DNA from: the human T2T-CHM13v2.0 reference genome, Homo sapiens
NCBI RefSeq assembly: GCF_009914755.1
Contig: NC_060935.1
Length of the DNA: 64,000 nucleotides
Direction: 5' to 3' (one strand)
Shown here: positions 49,120 to 64,000 of the stretch, in pieces
Layout: the number at the start of each line of letters is the position of its first letter
Position numbering within the stretch: position 1 is the stretch's first letter
Translations under genes and position numbers: made by a program
The notes under the pieces: generated by a model
Seen by the model: only the letters and a program-made list of their open reading frames with translations
Databases searched by the model: none
What the model was told of the DNA's origin: nothing

Positions 49120-49427
49120 GGCCAGGCAGGGTGGCTCACGCAGGTAATCCCAGCAATTTGGGAGGCCGAGGTAGGTGAATCACTTGGGGTCAGGAGTTTG
49201 AGACCAGCCTGGGCAACATGGCAAGACCTCCCCCCACCCGCCATCTCTACAAAAATACAAAAAATTAGCTGGGTGTGGTGGTGTGCACTTGTAGTCCCAG
49301 CTACTTGGGATGCTGAGGTGGAAGGATCACCTGAGCCCAGGAGGTGGAGGCTTCAGTGAGCCATGATCACACCACTGCACTCCAGCCTGGGTAACAGAGT
49401 GAGAGCCTGTCTCAAAGGAAAAAAAAA
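49120..49427 (+). mobile_element. AluJ
   Basis: Diverged full Alu. Confidence 0.92.
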
Positions 49428-49883
49428 GAAATATCTCATATGTAACTCAGAGTACGTAAAGTTGTGTGCTATAGACAGCATCTACCTACCATACCAGTTA
49501 TGGGAGCCGACTGCAAAATTTCCAGGAATTATGTAAAATGATTGTCAAACCATTTGGTAGCAGGAAGTTGGCCATGTTGGGTATACATACGACATGGAAA
49601 TCAACACGTGCTCCAAATCAGGGCCCTTCCCTGCAGTGCTGCCACCTCATAAGGCAGATGTTAATCATTTACCAGCAGGCCATTCAGTATATTTCATCTT
49701 GCAGAGCTTAAATAATATTAATAAATTGAACACCCACATGTACAATTCCACTTAGATGAGGTCCCTAGGGTGGTCAAATTCATAAAGATAGAAAAAGCAG
49801 CATGGTGATTGCCAGGGGCTGGGGTAAGAGGGTAATGGGGAGTTAGTGTTTTATGGGGACTGAGTTTCAGTTTGGGATGATAA

Positions 49884-51122
<1,239 letters not shown>

Positions 51123-51460
51123 TCCCTTGCTTTTCTTTATGGTCCGATCATATTTACCTATATGCCTAAGCAACGAGTGGCTTGGCTTTGCTTGTTTACA
51201 AACGCATATACATGGAATAATCCTGTATTTGCATGCAGCTGGCTCTTTTCCCCCACTGGCCATTTTGTTTGGGAAGAAGTGAGTTCCTTTGAGGGGTAGC
51301 TTCAAGAGAGCTAGCAAAACCCCTGAGTGCCCCTATTCTCCCCCATCAATAATCCTATCCTTGTTCTCTCACTTGAACTACATGACCCACTTGCAGATAG
51401 AGAGGGCTGGAATCATTATGTATGCCCATTTGCCAGATGAAGAGACTGAAGCTCAAGATC

Positions 51461-51529
51461 TTCCTCCAGCACTTTCTGGCTATGAGGATGACACCACCAC
51501 ATCCTCATAGCCAGAAAGTGCTGGAGGAA
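51461..51529. repeat. Perfect inverted repeat (30-bp arms, 9-nt spacer)
   Basis: 51461-51490 is the exact reverse complement of 51500-51529. Confidence 0.97.
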
Positions 51530-52138
51530 CGTCCTGAGCCCAGGCCCCCTCAGTTCAGGGCTCTCATAACTGAACAGAGCTCTTACTGCTTCTGATGTTC
51601 ATGTTTCCATCACCTGCTCAGCAGCATCAAGTGCTAAAGAGGACCCTCTAGCTGGGTCCAGGACCACAGCAGATGAGGCCACAGCCCAGGTCTCCTATCT
51701 CCCAGCCCCAAGGCTCCACCCACCACACTGCTCAGCCCCTGGTTTTCCAAGATCACAGTTGAGGATAGGGCAGCGGAGGCCAAATGAGCAATTAATGCAT
51801 TTTGGCGATGATATGTCCAGACAGTGGACTCAAGGAGAATCAGTCAAAACATAATAATAATGAGATTTACAGCATCCTGGGACAAAATTCAGGTTTTTAG
51901 GGGAAAGGAAGGTGTTAGCCTAGACCCACAGGAGTTTGAGTATCACGGTATTTAGTATATTTGGTGCCTAACCATTGGGATAGTAAAAATGTTGGGAGGA
52001 AATAAACAGATTTGCACATTTTGTGAAACAAGGTGCATAGAACATAAAGATTGAGAAATGCGTCTCTGAGTGGACAGCTGTCTTTTTTAACATGCTGCAC
52101 AATTGGTCATTCTTTTTTTTTTTCTTTTGTCTGCGTAG

Positions 52139-52195
52139 TATATTGTATCTGGATCCCTCTCAGTATGGGCTGCAAAGGACCCCAGTCCTTGTGTG
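52139..52195 (+). CDS. MS4A18: MS4A18 coding exon 3 (19 codons, YIVSGSLSVWAAKDPSPCV)
   Basis: Long poly-Y plus tag|TAT acceptor, GTG|GTAAGT donor; SGSLSV motif; absent from the ORF track. Confidence 0.95.
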
Positions 52196-53927
52196 GTAAG
52201 TCACAGTGCTGTCTTTGATGATCCTTGAATGTTAGAATTTGACTCTCTACCAAACATGAAAAAAGGAGACTCACAGTAGTGGTGTGGCCTGGCCCTGGCC
52301 CTGGGTACAGTGCATTTCCATACCTTATTCCAGTCAATCCCCATCACTCTGTGAAGCTGTATTATCCCCATTTTTCAGAGGAGAAAATTGAGGAGCAGAG
52401 AGGTCAGGTGGCTTGCCTAAGATCACACAGTGAGTACATGGCAGAGCTGGGATTTGACCCCAGAGCCCTCTGATTCCAAAGCTGTTCTTTTTTAACTATT
52501 GCATTTTACTATTCAAAAACTTAGCTCTTTGGGAAACTCATGAGTATTTACACGCAGTGCCTTATGGGTGCTCTGAATTAAGCAGAAAGCCAGGCCTGAG
52601 CCAAACGAAAATGTGTGTGCATCTCGGCCATCTCTTTAAGATATTTTCCATGATCCTCTTTGTGTGGACCTAGAAAAGTGAGAGCAATACCTGCCTTGAA
52701 CAATTTAAAGTCCCAACCAGGAGCACAGGGCCCAGAATTCCCTTGCACCTTTGGGGCATTTATTCTCTGTCTCAGCATCCAGCAAAGTATCTGGTCATGT
52801 TTTGATTTTTGTTGCAGCCTCTAAGAAGCTTAGGGATAAATTTAGAGCTCCACAATGGCCCTTCTCTCATCTCCTTCCTTCTCAGGTCCTCCTTCCCCTC
52901 TCCACTTTCTCTGTATGGCTTGTCGTCTTTCTTCTGCCTTTTGATGGGAAAGCAGTAGGTCAGCTAGGGGCTGGGTGTCTAACAGAGGGTTTCCCAATTA
53001 CCAATCTCCAGTCTGCAAGGCAAACTCCTGTGGCCCCACAATCTGCCTTGCTTCACCCCCTTTAGGAAGAGCAGAGTCCTCCAGACACCCCAGCATCAAC
53101 CAAGCTCACACCACCTGTTCATATCCCAACAGGACTGGGAAGTTCCATATCCCCTGGGAAGTCAAATGCTCTCCCTAAGGTGTCTGCTGACTCGTGGGGG
53201 TCTCCTAGTCCTCTCTTGCTCTGACATCTGACTTTCTATTGAAATCTCAACTTCCGTTTCTACTTTATACATCTCACAGCTGTCCTGGCCTCAGCCCAAA
53301 TGTAGAACACGGTCCCTTTCTCTTTCACCTTTCTCTCTTCATCCCCATAACCCTCTTAAAGGGAAGCAGCTTGAGTAGGGGATGGATAATGAATAATTCG
53401 AGGACTTCAGCCTCTCAGCACTGAGCGGCAGACCCCTCAAAGTTGAATATGAGAATTTCCGGTTCTGAAAACCTTCCCCAGCCAATCCTGCCAGGATGCT
53501 GGCCCCAGCCTTCCACCACAGGGACCAAGTCTCCCCGACTCCCTTCCCTCAATTCAAGCTTGGGATCTCTGCTCACTTCTTCTGCAGAGTAGTTCTGCAT
53601 CTTTGCCTTATCTCTTTCTGAATCTCATTGCCTACTCTCTGCTGCTTCGAAAGAAATTTTCCCAAACAAATCCAGTCCCTGCCATAGAAGGATGCTGCAC
53701 ATTGATTAACGAATGATTTTGGGTGGAGGTTTGGAGGAAAGAAAGGATCAGGTAAAACAACTAACAGGTACTAGGCTTAATACCTGGGTGATGAAATAAT
53801 CTCTACAACAAACCCCCATGCCACAAGTTGACCCATGAGACAAACCTGGACTTGTACCCATGAACTTAAAATAAAAGTTAAAAAAAAAAAAGCAATGATT
53901 TTTCTCACCTCACTATCGCTAAAATAA

Positions 53928-54167
<240 letters not shown>

Positions 54168-56190
54168 TGACTGCCAGGGCCCCGTGCTGCCAAAGGACCA
54201 GGAGGGCTTCTGAGGTTGCCTCCCCAGAGCAGAATGGAATTGCCCCAGAATTCCATCCTAGTATGACAACCACTACATCCATAAGCTATTTAACCGTCAC
54301 CAAAACCCTGTGCCCTCTGAGGTGGCCATGATAAACTCCATTTCACAGTGAGGACACTGAGACTCAGAGAGGTATAGCCACTTGACCTCTCCTCGTACCT
54401 ATCCTTTTCTCTACTTGGAGGTAGCAGGTGACCAGGTAAGCGGCCTAGGGGGCTGCCACACTCAGACTCACAAGATCACCTGCCCCTAGGGGTCTCTCGA
54501 GGGATAGCCTTTCACACAAACAGGAGGTGCGGATGCTAGTTCTGGTCTTTTGGTGCGGGGACCTCCAGATGCAGATGCAAAGAGAAGGATTCAGGTGCAA
54601 GTCGTGTATTTCAGAGGTTATTCTAGGAAACCTCACTAGAGGAGGGAAGAAGTAAGACAAACAAGGAGAGGAAGCTGCACTATAAACGTATTATCCGGCA
54701 AGGACCCCTGGAGGTGGACCTGCCGGGGCCCTGGTAGCCAGGGAATGATATGTGCCTTAGCTACACCCTGTCCTGGAGTGAGGGTGTATTTATCCACCAA
54801 CTCCCCTCAATCATTGATCAAAAACTGCTCCTGAGGGGCATCAATTCCCTAGTGCTTCCAGTCTGCCATGCTCATGGGCAAAGGAGTTTCTTGTGGCCAA
54901 AGGAAGCCCTCAAGTGAAGCCATGCAAATGAAAGTCAGGCAGCAGGCATGGAAGGACATCAGTAACATTGACACAGTACTTGAGGAGGCCTGAAGAACAA
55001 GATCGAGAGTAGCTAGCTCCACAGTTGGCTGCAATCTGATCCTCTCTTGGGACTAACCAAGTGGGCAAGGGAAGGCTGGCAGGACACAGGGTCTTAAACC
55101 AGACATGTCTACAGGGGTGAGGGCAGTCCCTAAGGGGAGAGCTCCCTGAAGGCCCCAGGAAGAAGCCTGATGCACAGGGTGTAACTTGGTATCTAGGGGA
55201 TGTGGCAGCAAGATGCTGGCCTCTGGAGTCCAATAGGATGCAACAGGATGTCCCAACAAGGGAGTGGATTGTGTTCATGCGGAACCAAGAGCACAACAGC
55301 TACAAATCCTAAAGGTGGTCATTTGGCAATCAGGACCTCTGTCATCAAGGAGCATACTAGTGCAGTGTAGCACAACGGCACTGGATTCCAACAGGCATTC
55401 CAAGCCCTGGGATCCCCACCCTCTGCTCCAGAGAAAGAGTGTGTAGGGATGAGAGGAGCTCAGTGATCCCTTCCACCCTACTGTGGGCAGGGACCAGGCC
55501 CAGAGCACACTGAGCTCTCTGGGACCCCTTCAATCCTGCCTTAGTTTCTGTCTTGACAGAATCCCTTGAAGCTCTGAGGTCCCATCCCAACCTGTCAAGG
55601 GCAGTATGAGGCAGGGATACTGGAAGAGGGCTGAGAAAGCCAGGAGCCAGACAGAGCTAAGGACCCTGACCTAGCTGGTGTCTATCCCCTGGCCCCAGGC
55701 AAGTAGCCCAGACCCTCATACAGGGTTTCCTAGCCAGTGCACTTGTTGAAATGTCTCAGTTTGGGTTCCTCCCAGGAGCAGAATTTGAGACAAGTAGTTT
55801 ATCTGGGAGAGGAAGCAAACACCAACTTAAGGGGTAAGAGAGCTGGGGTATTTATACACCAGCCCCTGACAGTCATGGAGAGAGGGCTGTTCTCAAGAGG
55901 CACTCATTTCCTGGAACTTTGAGCCTGTGCAAACAGCAAAGTAGGCTTCAGAGGCCAGAGAGAGCCCTGAGGCAAAGGAATGCAGGTGCTGGCAGTTGGA
56001 AGTCAGGCCAGTGACTAAGAGGGTAAGGCAAGGGCATATAAAATGGGTGACCCAAGCACCTGCTCCAAAGGGCCACATGCAGAGAGGGTCTCAGGCCTTC
56101 CAGGTGAGGTGTGTGGCACTCCAAATGTGGACTGTCACCTAGGCCATCAACCTGAAGGACTAAATGCCTTCCATTTCTCTTTGCCTTTAG

Positions 56191-59155
<2,965 letters not shown>

Positions 59156-59589
59156 CTGATTTGCACAGAGATAGATGACATGGGATGCCTGTCTCAATGA
59201 CAAGGGGATACACTGTAGCTGTATCTTTTCTTCTCCCTGAAACTTCCATGACCATGACCCTAGCCTTGTTGCCAGACTGAAATGAACAAGCATTTCCTCT
59301 CCTCTTCACTCCTAAGCTTCATTTTTGTTTGTTATTGATGTCTTTTTTTTCATTCATAAATAATTTTCCTTTGGCTCTCAGTATCTTTTAACCTTGGCAA
59401 AGTGCAGGGTGCATTTTGGTTCCGTGGTTCCTGATGTATGCTCACTGTTGAAAAACCGGTTCTAAATCGGTGCCTCGGCCATGGAATTCTTGTAGGTCCA
59501 ACTTCTTCCCAGTCTGCAGCTCTAACTCTGACACGGTTCTCCCACACAGAGGAGGGGGAGCAATGTGGAGTGTGTTCAGTATTCCCAGG

Positions 59590-61145
59590 TGTAGGAGGAG
59601 GAAAATCTTTGTGACCTAGAGTTAGGTGAAGAGTTTTTAAACAAGACACCAAAAATACAATTCACAAAAGGAAAAAAATCAATAAGTTGGACTTAGAATT
59701 AAAAACAGTTGCTCTGTGAAAGATCTTGCTAAGATAAAAAGTCATAGGCTGGAAGAAAATATTTGCAAATCATATATCTGACAAAGGACATGTTTCCACA
59801 ATATATAAAGAACTCTCTAAACTCAACAGTATAAAAAAAAATCTAATCACAAAATGGACAAAAGGCTTGAACAGAGGCTCTAACAAAGAGAATATAGGGT
59901 TGCAAATAAGCGTATGAAAAGATGTTCAATGTTATTAGCCATTAAGTACAATGAAATAACACTACACACCTATTAGAATGGCTGAAATTAAAAATACTGA
60001 TAATACCAAGTGCTGGTGAAAACAGAGCAACTGGAGGTCTCAGATGTTGTTAGGATGTAAATGGCACTGCTACTCTGGAAAACAGCTTGGCTGATTATTA
60101 TAAAGCAAAGTATACACTTACCATATGACTCAGCAATCTTGTTCCTGGGTATTTATCCTAGAGAAAATAAAACTTACTTCCACACGAAATGCGAATAGCA
60201 GCTTTATTTGTAATAAACAAAAACTGGAAACAACCTGAGTGTTCTTCACTGGATAAATAATGGAAAAGCAAACTGTGCTACATCCATACAACAGAATACT
60301 TCTCAGCAGTAAAAAGGAACAAGCTATTGATGGCTGTGGAGGAAGCAAAACTTTACCTCTACCTATCTTCATTTTTGTTTGTTATTGATGTCTTTTTTTT
60401 TTTTCATTCATAATAATTTTCCTTTGGCTCTCAGTATCTTTTAACCTGGCAAAGGGCAGGGTGCATTTTTGTTCCGTGGTCCCTGATGTGTGTTCATTGT
60501 TGAAAAACCAGTTCTAAGCCAGTTCTAAATCAAGCTAAAATAGGTTTTCAGCTGAGGCTCTTTAACATAAAGACAGGTTCACAAGACAAAAGCAGTTTAA
60601 TTAGCCCACACAGCACACATCACCTGGGAAAAACCTCAAGGAGAAGTAACTCAGGGCAGTGGCTTAGAATCTGCTTACATAGCATCTTCCCCAAAGAACA
60701 ATGGATTTGTAGAGAAATGACAGGACAAAGGAAGGCAGTTTTAGGCTTCCAAAGGCAGGAAACGGTGGGAAGTTAAATATATGGAAAGAAACTAATGGAG
60801 TAAGGTTTGCTTACAGTTTCCTCTGGAGCCATTTCTGGGCTAATAAGAGTTTAGACTCTTCTTCAGCAAAGGAGAATTTACATCCTGCCTTTAGGCAGAA
60901 AAGGAAGAAGATAGAGGGAACTTTTCCTGCATTTGCTTCTTCTTAATTGCCTTCAGCTTGAAATACTTTCTACGTCAAAGAGGCATATTTGGGGGTGACA
61001 TAATCTGGTTTCCTTCAATACACACAACAATTTGGATTTCAAGGACCTGAGTGAAAAACCCAATCTCAAAGTATTGCACACTGCATGACTCCACGTATAT
61101 AATATTCTCATAATGACAAAATTATAGCCAAAAAAGGAACGAATT
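59590..61145 (+). mobile_element. L1M 3' region interrupted by an LTR
   Basis: gaagaaaatatttgcaaatcatatatctgacaaagga and other ORF2/3'UTR motifs. Confidence 0.8.
60335..61017 (-). mobile_element. MER34/MER39-like ERV1 LTR carrying a foreign insert
   Basis: Minus strand starts tgaaggaaaccagattatgtcacccccaaaatatgcctctttg. Confidence 0.7.
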
Positions 61146-61162
61146 AGAACGTCAAGAATAAT

Positions 61163-61525
61163 GGCCAGGCACGGTAGCTCATGCTTGTAATCCCAGCACT
61201 TTGGGAGGCTGGGGGGGCGGGGGGGTTGGATCACCTGAGGTCATGAGTTCGAAACCAGCCTGGCCAACATGGTGAAACCCCATCTCTACTAATAATACAA
61301 AAATTTGCTGGGTGTGGTGGTGTACGCCTGTATTCCCAGCTACTCAGGAGGCTGAGGCAGAAGAATTGCTTGAACTCAGGAGGCAGAGGTTGCAGTGAGC
61401 TGAGATAGCACCATTACACTCCAGCCTGGGTGACAAGAGTGAAACTCTGTAGAAGAAAAAGACGAGGAAGAGGAAGAGGAAAAGGAGGAAGAGGAGGAGG
61501 AGGAAGAAGAAGAAGAAGAGGAAGA
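61163..61525 (+). mobile_element. AluS with a GA-rich tail
   Basis: Full Alu followed by (GAG/GAA)n. Confidence 0.92.
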
Positions 61526-62549
61526 GCAATTGCAATAATAATAATTGCAACAACACCTGCAATGGATTGAAACACATGGCTCATCATGTTAGAAAAAAAA
61601 AAATCTGTGATTATCTTTGGAGATTGCTAGGGCACACCTATTATTCTAAAAACTTGTAAATAACAGGAAAGAATCGAGCATTCCCAAAAGCAAAAGCAAG
61701 GAAAGAATCACTCAGCCTATAGCAGCACCAAGGAAGGTAAATAGGTCATCAGCTGGGATAGCACAGCACTGGGCAATGAGAGGGTGGGGCTTAGTGCTGG
61801 GCTTAGAGTCTGGACATTTCCATTTTTTCCTGCTGTTCCTAGTTCTTAAATTTCAGCATGCCTTGCTTAGTCTGGGCCTACAGGGTTGCTGATACGAGCA
61901 ATGATCAGGCCACCATAAAGAAACGGACTGTTGCACTTAGCTATTGCCACAAAATTTCTGTAAAACCTCAGAGGCATCCCACAAGAAGCGTTTATTTTTG
62001 CTCACGAGTCTGTTGGTTGTCTGGGCAGCCTTCCTGATTTGATCTGGGCTTGGCAGGACTCATCCATGTGCTTGTGTTCAGCTGAGGGTCAGCTAGGTGG
62101 CCCTGCTGACCTTGACTGCATATGTGGGGCCTCAGCGGGGACAACTGGGCCAGCTTGGCTGCGCTCCATGTGTCTCATCCTCCAGCAGGCTGGTCCAGGA
62201 GTGGTCCATAGTGGTTGCAGAGCTCCAAGGGAGAACAGAAGCAGCTCAGACCTGACACATGGCCACTTCTGCCTTGTTCTATTGGCAAAGGAAGCCACAA
62301 GGCAGCTCAGTTTCAAGGATTTGGCAAAAGAGACTCCATCTCTAGCTTCAAGAGGTGTGGTGCTGGTTCAACTGAGAGCTGGCCCAGCCATGGGCATCCA
62401 GACCATTCCCTGTGCCATCTTGAGCCCTCAGGTCCTGTGTCATCTCCCTGACTTTGTGTGGGGGCATCAAGAGCAATTTTGGTGAGAACTTGAACCCAGA
62501 AACTGATGAACAATTGGCTCCACTTGCATGTGCCACTCCAATATCACTC

Positions 62550-63090
62550 CATGTGCACACTCACACTAACGTGTGCACACACACGTGTGCACACATTCAC
62601 ACACGTATGCACACACACTCATTTGTACACACACATGCATACGTATGCACACATGCACATGGATGCACACAGACTTACACGCACGTGTGCACACTCACCC
62701 ATAGGTGTTCTCACACACGTGTGTGCACTGGCACGTCTGTGCACAATCACTCACGTGTGCACACACCTTACTCTCACATGCATGTGCATGCACCCACATG
62801 CGCATGTGCACACACACGTGTGCACACACTAACACACTCACACCTACACGTGCACACACATTCACACTCAATCCTCACATGCATTTACACACACGTGTAT
62901 GTGCACACACATTCATGCCCACCCTCACACATTCACACACCATCACACACATCCACACACTCACACACTCACATCCACACACATTCACACACATCCACAC
63001 TCACATGCACACACATGTGTGCACATGCTCACACCCTCACACACACACACCCCTATGTTCACACACCCCTATGTTCACACACCCCTATGC
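62550..63090. repeat. CA/CATG-rich low-complexity tract
   Basis: Directly visible. Confidence 0.95.
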
Positions 63091-63339
63091 TCCTGCCATT
63101 GGGAAGCTGTGGGCTCCCTGGCCCCCAATCTAACATTAGACAAGTCCAATGGAAGAAAGCCAGTTGGCCTCTGATTACTCAGTTTCCCCCTCTCAGCGGC
63201 AGGGGGATGAAGGCTAGTTTGGATCCCCATCCCAGCTCTGATGCTAACTGGGGGACCCCAGCAGGCAACCTGCCTCTCTGGGCCTCGGTTTCCCCTTTTG
63301 TAGATTGTAGGAAGGTATCCAGATGCTCTCCCTGGGCCC

Positions 63340-63591
63340 TTGTGGCCTGGCGGCCGATGATTCCACGAGCGGCTTCCTCCTCTCCCTCAGTTGGGCCATA
63401 TGGACAGAGGCCTCTGAGCCAGGAGGGACCTGAGAATTTCCCAGAGGCGGCAGCTCGCAAGCAGAGTAGATTTCCAAGCCCCACGCGAATAGCAAGGATT
63501 TCACATGAATATGTGTGAACTCAGTAGAGTTGGCTGCGGGAGAACAGAGGCAGCCGGGAGCGAGCGGCAGCACAGCAGCGGTGGCAGCCCG
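63340..63591 (+). promoter_or_regulatory. CpG-enriched candidate promoter and first exon of the next gene (MS4A15 by cluster order; no coding sequence in the window)
   Basis: Local CpG enrichment outside repeats; donor CCG|GTGAGT at 63591/63592. Confidence 0.45.
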
Positions 63592-64000
63592 GTGAGTACC
63601 CTCCGCCCTTCCAGGGGGGCAGTCAAGGCCGCCCAGCCCCGAGGTGTAGCAGGGGAACTGGCGCAGGAGCACCTGGGATCCCCGGGAAAGGAAAGAGATA
63701 GAGCTGCTCATCAGAGGAGGGTGCGGCCCTCCCTGTGCGTCTCATCCCCCACCTGGCACTAAGGGGCTGGACGGCTCCTGGGGCCCTCTGAACTCCTTGC
63801 CTCCCACAGACAGAGAACCACCAGCCTAGAGCCCATGGGCCCCATTGCACAGGTGAGTGGGGTAAAGGAGGGGCCTCTGTCTTCTCTCCTCAAAGCCAGT
63901 GGCTGAGATGACTCAGGCATCCGCTAGAGACCCTGGGGCCCTAACCATTCTCTCAGGGAAATGGAGTGTAGGTCCTCACTCCAACCCAGCCCCGGACTGG

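Noticed and set aside
54235-54257. atggaatt..aattccat hairpin after MS4A18 exon 4
   Set aside because: An 8-bp stem is expected by chance in 64 kb
62454-63518. 354-aa His/Thr-rich ORF, the longest in the track
   Set aside because: Translation of a CA-rich low-complexity tract that lacks stops by composition; GTG start and no family similarity

Overview
Human genomic DNA: Alu/L1/MaLR-rich, with a human-specific AluYb8. It comes from the MS4A (CD20-like four-TM) gene cluster, which is established to lie at 11q12. Two complete + strand genes were reconstructed by hand from GT-AG junctions: MS4A8 (non-coding exon 1 plus six coding exons, 250 aa) and MS4A18 (six coding exons, 398 aa, with a Thr-rich heptad-repeat tail). 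The left edge holds a probable lncRNA terminal exon (LINC00301 by gene order). The right edge holds a CpG-rich candidate first exon (MS4A15 by gene order). Nearly all other ORFs in the supplied track are repeat-derived noise. I see no wholly new multi-gene system. The best leads are: (1) a perfect 30-bp-stem, pre-miRNA-sized hairpin inside a MIR in MS4A18 intron 2; (2) three other local templated duplications around MS4A18 (an inverted MER75 piece, a copied poly(A)-like cassette, a 56-bp HNF1-like block); (3) an MS4A8 last junction that regenerates its own 5' splice site, together with an in-frame route to an MS4A8-MS4A18 eight-TM fusion; (4) eight N-glycosylation sequons in a tail that should be cytosolic. 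Repeat boundaries and subfamily names come from recalled consensus sequences and are approximate unless TSDs are given.
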